Shown: piece after piece, positions 27,513 to 32,000 of the stretch
Layout of the letters: each line of letters opens with the position of its first letter
How positions within the stretch are numbered: the first letter of the stretch is position 1
Origin: Paramicrosporidium saccamoebae KSL3
Taxonomy: Eukaryota > Fungi > Cryptomycota
NCBI GenBank assembly: GCA_002794465.1
Contig: MTSL01000046.1
Coordinates: forward strand, 1 to 32,000
DNA: 32,000 nucleotides
Reading direction: 5' to 3'
Program-made: the position numbers and the translations under genes
The notes under the pieces: generated by a model
Databases searched by the model: none
The model's input: the letters and a program-made list of their open reading frames with translations, nothing else
Told to the model about the DNA's origin: nothing

Positions 27513-30098
27513 GGATCAACATTTCGTCGCTCCTTTCCGAGGGTGGTCGTGGCTTCAGTTGCTTTTGTACGGTCGGGGAGTTTTATGCGCTTGCGGCTGT
27601 CGTCCTGGTTGAATGAGAGACCAGCAAGGATGTTTTCAGTTCCAGATGGCTTCCTGACGACGCCAGGAATAAAAGCCGATGGCTTCCAGACCTTTGCAGG
27701 ACTGACGCCGGTCTGTAATGCCTGTGATTTCTGTGGGGTCCCAGGAATAACAACTTCCTCCTCCTCGATGGTTGTCTTGGTCGTCTTTTTTGATCCAGCC
27801 GATTTGGTTGGTTTCACCGTCTCGGCTTTGGGTTCAATCGATTTGCCAACTTTTTCTGGTTCGGTTCGTTTGGAAGTCTTGGTAGCTTCTGGTTCGGCTT
27901 GTTTGACAGTCTCGGCAACTTCTGGTTCAATCTTTTGTAATTCAACCTCTGCCTTTCTTGGTCGCCCTCTTGGCTTTGGTGCAGCTTTGATGGGCTCTGT
28001 TACCCGCCGAAGTCTACTAACGATTGGTTCAACATTTGCTGCAGGCTTGGTCGACTGCTTACCTGAATGTTTAGCCAGCTGCTTAGCCGGATGCTTAACC
28101 GGACTATCCACTACGCTTTCTGCACCTGCCTCATCCTCTACACTGGTATCACTCTCAGACTCCACAGGGGCAATCTTTGACTTTTTGGCAACCACTGGCT
28201 TTGCAATAATTGAGGAAGCCTCCTTTTCTTTAATCAAGACTCGTAAATCTTCCATCACATTTTGCATCGCATCTCGCTCGTGCTGCCACTTTTCCTCCAT
28301 TGCCTTGATCGTCCTGCTGATCTCTGGGGACTGGGGTTTTCTGGACAAGACTTCAAGTTTTGCCTGTAGAGTCACGTTCTCAATCTTCAGGGCACCCAGC
28401 TTGGACTCTAGCTCTTTTACTGTGGTCTGGAATGTATCTGCTTTGCTCTCAAGACTGGCAAGCTTCTTTTGAAGCATAACCTCGGACGATTTTGTCTTTT
28501 TGAGGTCAGCTTCAAGCTCTGCCAACTCTTTGGATTGTCCCTTTAATCGTTTCGAATCCTCTGCCGAGGTAGACTCGACACTGGACTTTGCCTTTTCCAA
28601 GGCGGAAATTTGCATTTCCAGTGTCTGGATCTTGCTTGTGGCCGAGGAAAGGCTTGATTGCAGACTCTGCTTTTCCTTCTGCGTCACTTGGAGACTCTTC
28701 TGGGCAGTATCGAGCCGGCCAGTTAGACCATCAATTTCTGCCTTGAATTCGTTCTCAATCTTTTCCTTTTCCGACACGGACGAACGAAGGCGCTCCTCCA
28801 ACGCCGACAGCTGATGCTGCTTAATCTCCATTTCTGCAAGAAGCAAGAGCCGTTCGTGTTCCATACATACTAGATCAATCTCGCACTGACGAATTCGCTC
28901 GTGAACCTGCAATCTCTCCATGCTGAGACGGCTCATTTCGTATTCAAATTCCCAATTCTGGCGGCTTCCTTTAAATCCAGAAGTTTCCTGCTCTGATAAC
29001 AGGTCTTCGCGTTGAAGTTCTGTCAGATGTAGGGCCTTCTTTAGCTGTTTCAGCTCGCGACGAACGGCGCGGTGTTCGAGTTCAAGCCGACCATGCGTTT
29101 CAACGAGGACAGCGAGTTCGCACATTTCGGGCGATTCGAGGAGCGGAGTAGGATGATTCTTGATCCGTCGCATAGCCGAGAGGAGTTGAGTAAAGCTTTG
29201 TAAATGACGAGCAACTGCGGTGCGAGGTAAATCAGCCACCACCAGAGTCATCCACGAACCACCAAAACACGGCTCAATCAGCGAAGAAAGGAAGGACGAC
29301 TGTGTCCGCGTGTCTTGTGCAACGACTTCTTGGCTCAGATTTAGAATTGTAGACCCTAACATGTTAGTTCGCCAAGGTTCAGCGTTTTTACAGAGTTGGG
29401 CGAGCGACTTTTCTAGCTGAGATCCAGTTGAGATGCAGCCCAGATCGGCAAGCACAAGAGTAGACATGGCTCCGGGAAGAGTAGTGTCGCTTGGTCGCAC
29501 AAACAAGCGTACCAACAAGACACAGGGTAGAGAATAGCCCTGTTGCAGCGAGTCAATGATAGACTTTGTCGAGTCAGCTGCGCCAAGAGGACTCCAGTCT
29601 TCCAATTTTTGCACGTCTGCCAACAATTTCCGTTCATAGGACGCCAAGTCAATACAACTGGTGTCACTAACGCCAAACATGGAGAACGAAAGCGAAATAT
29701 TGTGTTCTTTTTGCTCATCCAGCTTTTCTTGGAGCAATTCCAAAATGTGCTGGAGTAGAGTACAGAACGAGCCCACCTTTTCCGCTTCTCCTCCCATGCA
29801 GATGACGCTGCACGAAATTCCATGGAGTAGGTTTTGCAGCAGTTTTGGGATATTGGCTTTTGCGGAGAAGAGCGGCTCTACGGGATTGTCCAAGCAAAGG
29901 TCGTATTCATGACTAAAGTTTGATCAAGTGACATTGGGAATACGTAGTGGAGGACTCTTCGGTGCTCACCACAACTGCACTGCCACCGCTTAATTCGATA
30001 GCAGCTCTTGACGCTGGGAGGTGTCCAACAATGCTGGTGGCATCTTTGACGCGCACCGCTACCTGTACATTCGCCTGGCGCATTAACCAATCAAACAT
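27458..30098 (-). CDS. Kinesin-like protein with a degenerate motor domain, coiled coil and AT-hook, about 869 aa; join(29944..30098, 27458..29912)
   Basis: Exon 1 has ANVQVAVRV (kinesin beta1). A 31-nt intron (29913-29943) joins it in frame to LLHGISCSVICMGG, TLVLADLG, SSLIEPCFGGSWMTLVV and RRIKNHP. Long heptad region, then KPRGRPRK. Confidence 0.7.
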
Positions 30099-30123
30099 TC
30101 CCGCCACAAATTTATTATTACAT

Positions 30124-31023
30124 CTAACGGTAAATCACGAATATTATGAAAGCTGCCAGCGCCAGTAGTAGGATAATAATGAGGACAGCTGTGAAAATTG
30201 ACGAGTAAGAGGCCGATTTCTTGCGTCGTTCTTCAGTGGGATTCTGTGCCTCTACATCAACGAGACCGATGCCGCTGCGATCTGCCGATGGCCCGATCAC
30301 GATGGGCTTGACCTCTGGGGAGCTATTGCTATCGTCAAATTTGACACTTTTCTTAATGGGTGGCTCGTCGATGGCGACTTTTGTGTTAGTTGGGGACGTT
30401 AAGGGGACTGGCGAGGTTGAGGGGACTGGTGAGGTAGAGGGTGATGAGGTAGAGGGTGGTGAGGGGAGCGGTAAGGCTGAGGATGATGAGGGGGCTGGTG
30501 AGGTTGGGGGTGAGGTAGAGGGTGATGAGGGGGTTGGAGGAACTGGAGAAACTGGTGCGGTCGAGGGTACGGTGACTTTGTCACTAATTTCCACCTGTGT
30601 CATTTCTTCAGGATTTGCAAAAGTATCGTCTTTGTCATTACTGTGATCAGATTGGGGTGAAGTGGCCTTTCCTGGTGTTCGGATACCAGGAGCATCTGTA
30701 GCAATCCATTCCGGACTCTTTAGCTCTGGAGACACTGCTATGGGGAAAATTGGCATCGGAGACGACAATGGGGACACTGCCACTGGAGATGTTGGAGGTA
30801 TTCTTTTTGGTGCTACATCTGTATGCTCCGAATCTGAATCCTTTTCCGTTCCCATCACTTTGTTCGCTCTAGCCGTTTCATCTACTTGTTCAATGGGGTC
30901 CTCGAACACTGGTTCCTCATATATGGGATGCTCTTTATGCTGCCGATTATACAGACTGTCAATAAAGTCGTCAATCTTTCCAAATCGGCGAACATTGTGC
31001 GACTTTTCCCCCGGATCGCTCAT
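30124..31023 (-). CDS. Unknown Pro/Ser/Thr-rich protein with a single C-terminal TM helix (tail-anchored-like), about 299 aa
   Basis: Open frame with coding-like composition and SPVP/PSTS repeats, ending IFTAVLIIILLLALAAFIIFVIYR*. Met 31023 is preferred over the upstream ORF extension to 31245. Confidence 0.6.
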   Translation of the reverse strand: MSDPGEKSHNVRRFGKIDDFIDSLYNRQHKEHPIYEEPVFEDPIEQVDETARANKVMGTEKDSDSEHTDVAPKRIPPTSPVAVSPLSSPMPIFPIAVSPELKSPEWIATDAPGIRTPGKATSPQSDHSNDKDDTFANPEEMTQVEISDKVTVPSTAPVSPVPPTPSSPSTSPPTSPAPSSSSALPLPSPPSTSSPSTSPVPSTSPVPLTSPTNTKVAIDEPPIKKSVKFDDSNSSPEVKPIVIGPSADRSGIGLVDVEAQNPTEERRKKSASYSSIFTAVLIIILLLALAAFIIFVIYR

Positions 31024-31324
31024 ACCGCTTCGTCTCGAGGGGGCGCTAGCCTTGCTAATGTATAGACCATGTGATTGGAGAGTACCAAGATGGACCCAAT
31101 CAGAATTCGTTCCCGGCAATTTGATTGGACAGCCCACTGAATTGGAGTGTCCGCTTATGAGGGGGATTTCAATCCAGATAATCACTTCCCTCCACAGGTC
31201 AGCCCTGTTTGTGAGTGAGTACACGTTGAATAAACAATCTTTCACTCGGACTCGACAGCAATTACCACTGGCCTATACCGTGATCGATCTGTTATAGAAA
31301 AAATGGCATTATTCGTAAATTTCC

Positions 31325-31978
31325 ATGCAGCTTCCGGCAACGTCTAGTCTTGTGCCCCTCTTTCTTGCTGCTGGACTCTTTGTCACAAGTCAGGCTCGCA
31401 GTCTGTCTTACCGAATGAAAGGCTCTGAGAACAAGTCATGCTTTTATGCTTACGTGGACCCAAAAGTGCCGCTCAACAATGCTCTCCTTCAATTCTACTA
31501 CGCCGCCGGCGATGCCAAGGGCAGCGACATTGTCTACGTTGATGCCTCTGTCACAGGGCCCTCTGGACAGCCACTGCACAGCCAGAGCCGCCAAACACAT
31601 GCCGAGGTGAATATCAAACCACCTCAGGCCGGCGAGTATGCCCTCTGTCTCACTCACCACGGCTCGCCCTCGGACAAGAACGTGGATGTAGACGTTACTC
31701 TGCCCACTATGCCACCGCAGGCGAACCAAGAGAAGGACGACACGGCCAAGTTGGAGGCCACTGTGCACAAGCTGCAGCGCGAGCTGTCCGATTTGGTCCA
31801 TACGCTACGCTATGTCAAGAATCGCGAACGCCGCAACTTGGAGACGGTGGAGAGTGTGGAAGGATGGGTGTTTTACATTTCTATCTTTGAGGTAATGCTA
31901 ATTATTGGAATGTCGCTACTGCAAGTTACAGTCCTGCGCATGTTCTTTTCCGGTAATCGCAAACATCAGCGCGTGTAA
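31325..31978 (+). CDS. p24/EMP24/GP25L (GOLD) cargo receptor, gamma (Erp2/3/4-like) type
   Basis: Signal peptide, GOLD cysteines (CFY, YALCL), coiled coil RERRNLETVES, TM helix and cytosolic tail FFSGNRKHQRV. Confidence 0.9.
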   Translation: MQLPATSSLVPLFLAAGLFVTSQARSLSYRMKGSENKSCFYAYVDPKVPLNNALLQFYYAAGDAKGSDIVYVDASVTGPSGQPLHSQSRQTHAEVNIKPPQAGEYALCLTHHGSPSDKNVDVDVTLPTMPPQANQEKDDTAKLEATVHKLQRELSDLVHTLRYVKNRERRNLETVESVEGWVFYISIFEVMLIIGMSLLQVTVLRMFFSGNRKHQRV

Positions 31979-32000
31979 TTTGTCTAAATAATAACCAATG

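Noticed and set aside
27543-28814. Plus-strand ORFs of 309 and 104 aa
   Set aside because: Antisense shadows of the Lys/Glu-rich kinesin-like CDS.
30221-31297. Long plus-strand ORFs of 141 and 211 aa
   Set aside because: Antisense shadows of the low-complexity Pro/Ser-rich minus-strand gene.

Overview
Gene-dense eukaryotic window with about 21 protein-coding genes. Intergenic gaps are very short (11-50 nt in several places), and the 22 inferred coding-region introns are all 30-40 nt except one compound intron. This architecture and gene set resemble a compact early-diverging fungal or microsporidia-adjacent genome such as Rozellomycota (Paramicrosporidium-like); that is an inference, not a confirmed assignment. 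Genes in order: HIR3/CABIN1-like, three tandem intronless GT71 mannosyltransferases, RPL9, a Nudix-fold protein lacking the Nudix box, a TLC-domain protein, an MTRFR/C12orf65-like GGQ factor, DID2/CHMP1, SAS10/UTP3, NF-YB/HAP3, a DH-PH-C2 RhoGEF, PNP, an atypical pepsin-like protease, PUS3, a UBP8/USP22-like DUB, yippee, complex I ESSS/NDUFB11, a pseudokinesin with an AT-hook, a Pro/Ser-rich tail-anchored protein and a p24 protein. The most striking structure is intron 4 of DID2 (15676-15814): four head-to-tail, diverged copies of a complete 34-35 nt intron joined at AG|GT junctions with zero-length exons. Other highlights are a dispersed 164-bp TGT...ACA element with 4-bp target-site duplications, repeated tandem amplification of gene 3' ends, two GCAC-type GC-AG introns, and microsporidia-like AAATTT + CCC/GGG start signals overlapping poly(A) signals. 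All exon structures were derived by hand and homology calls come from recalled family motifs; no searches were run.
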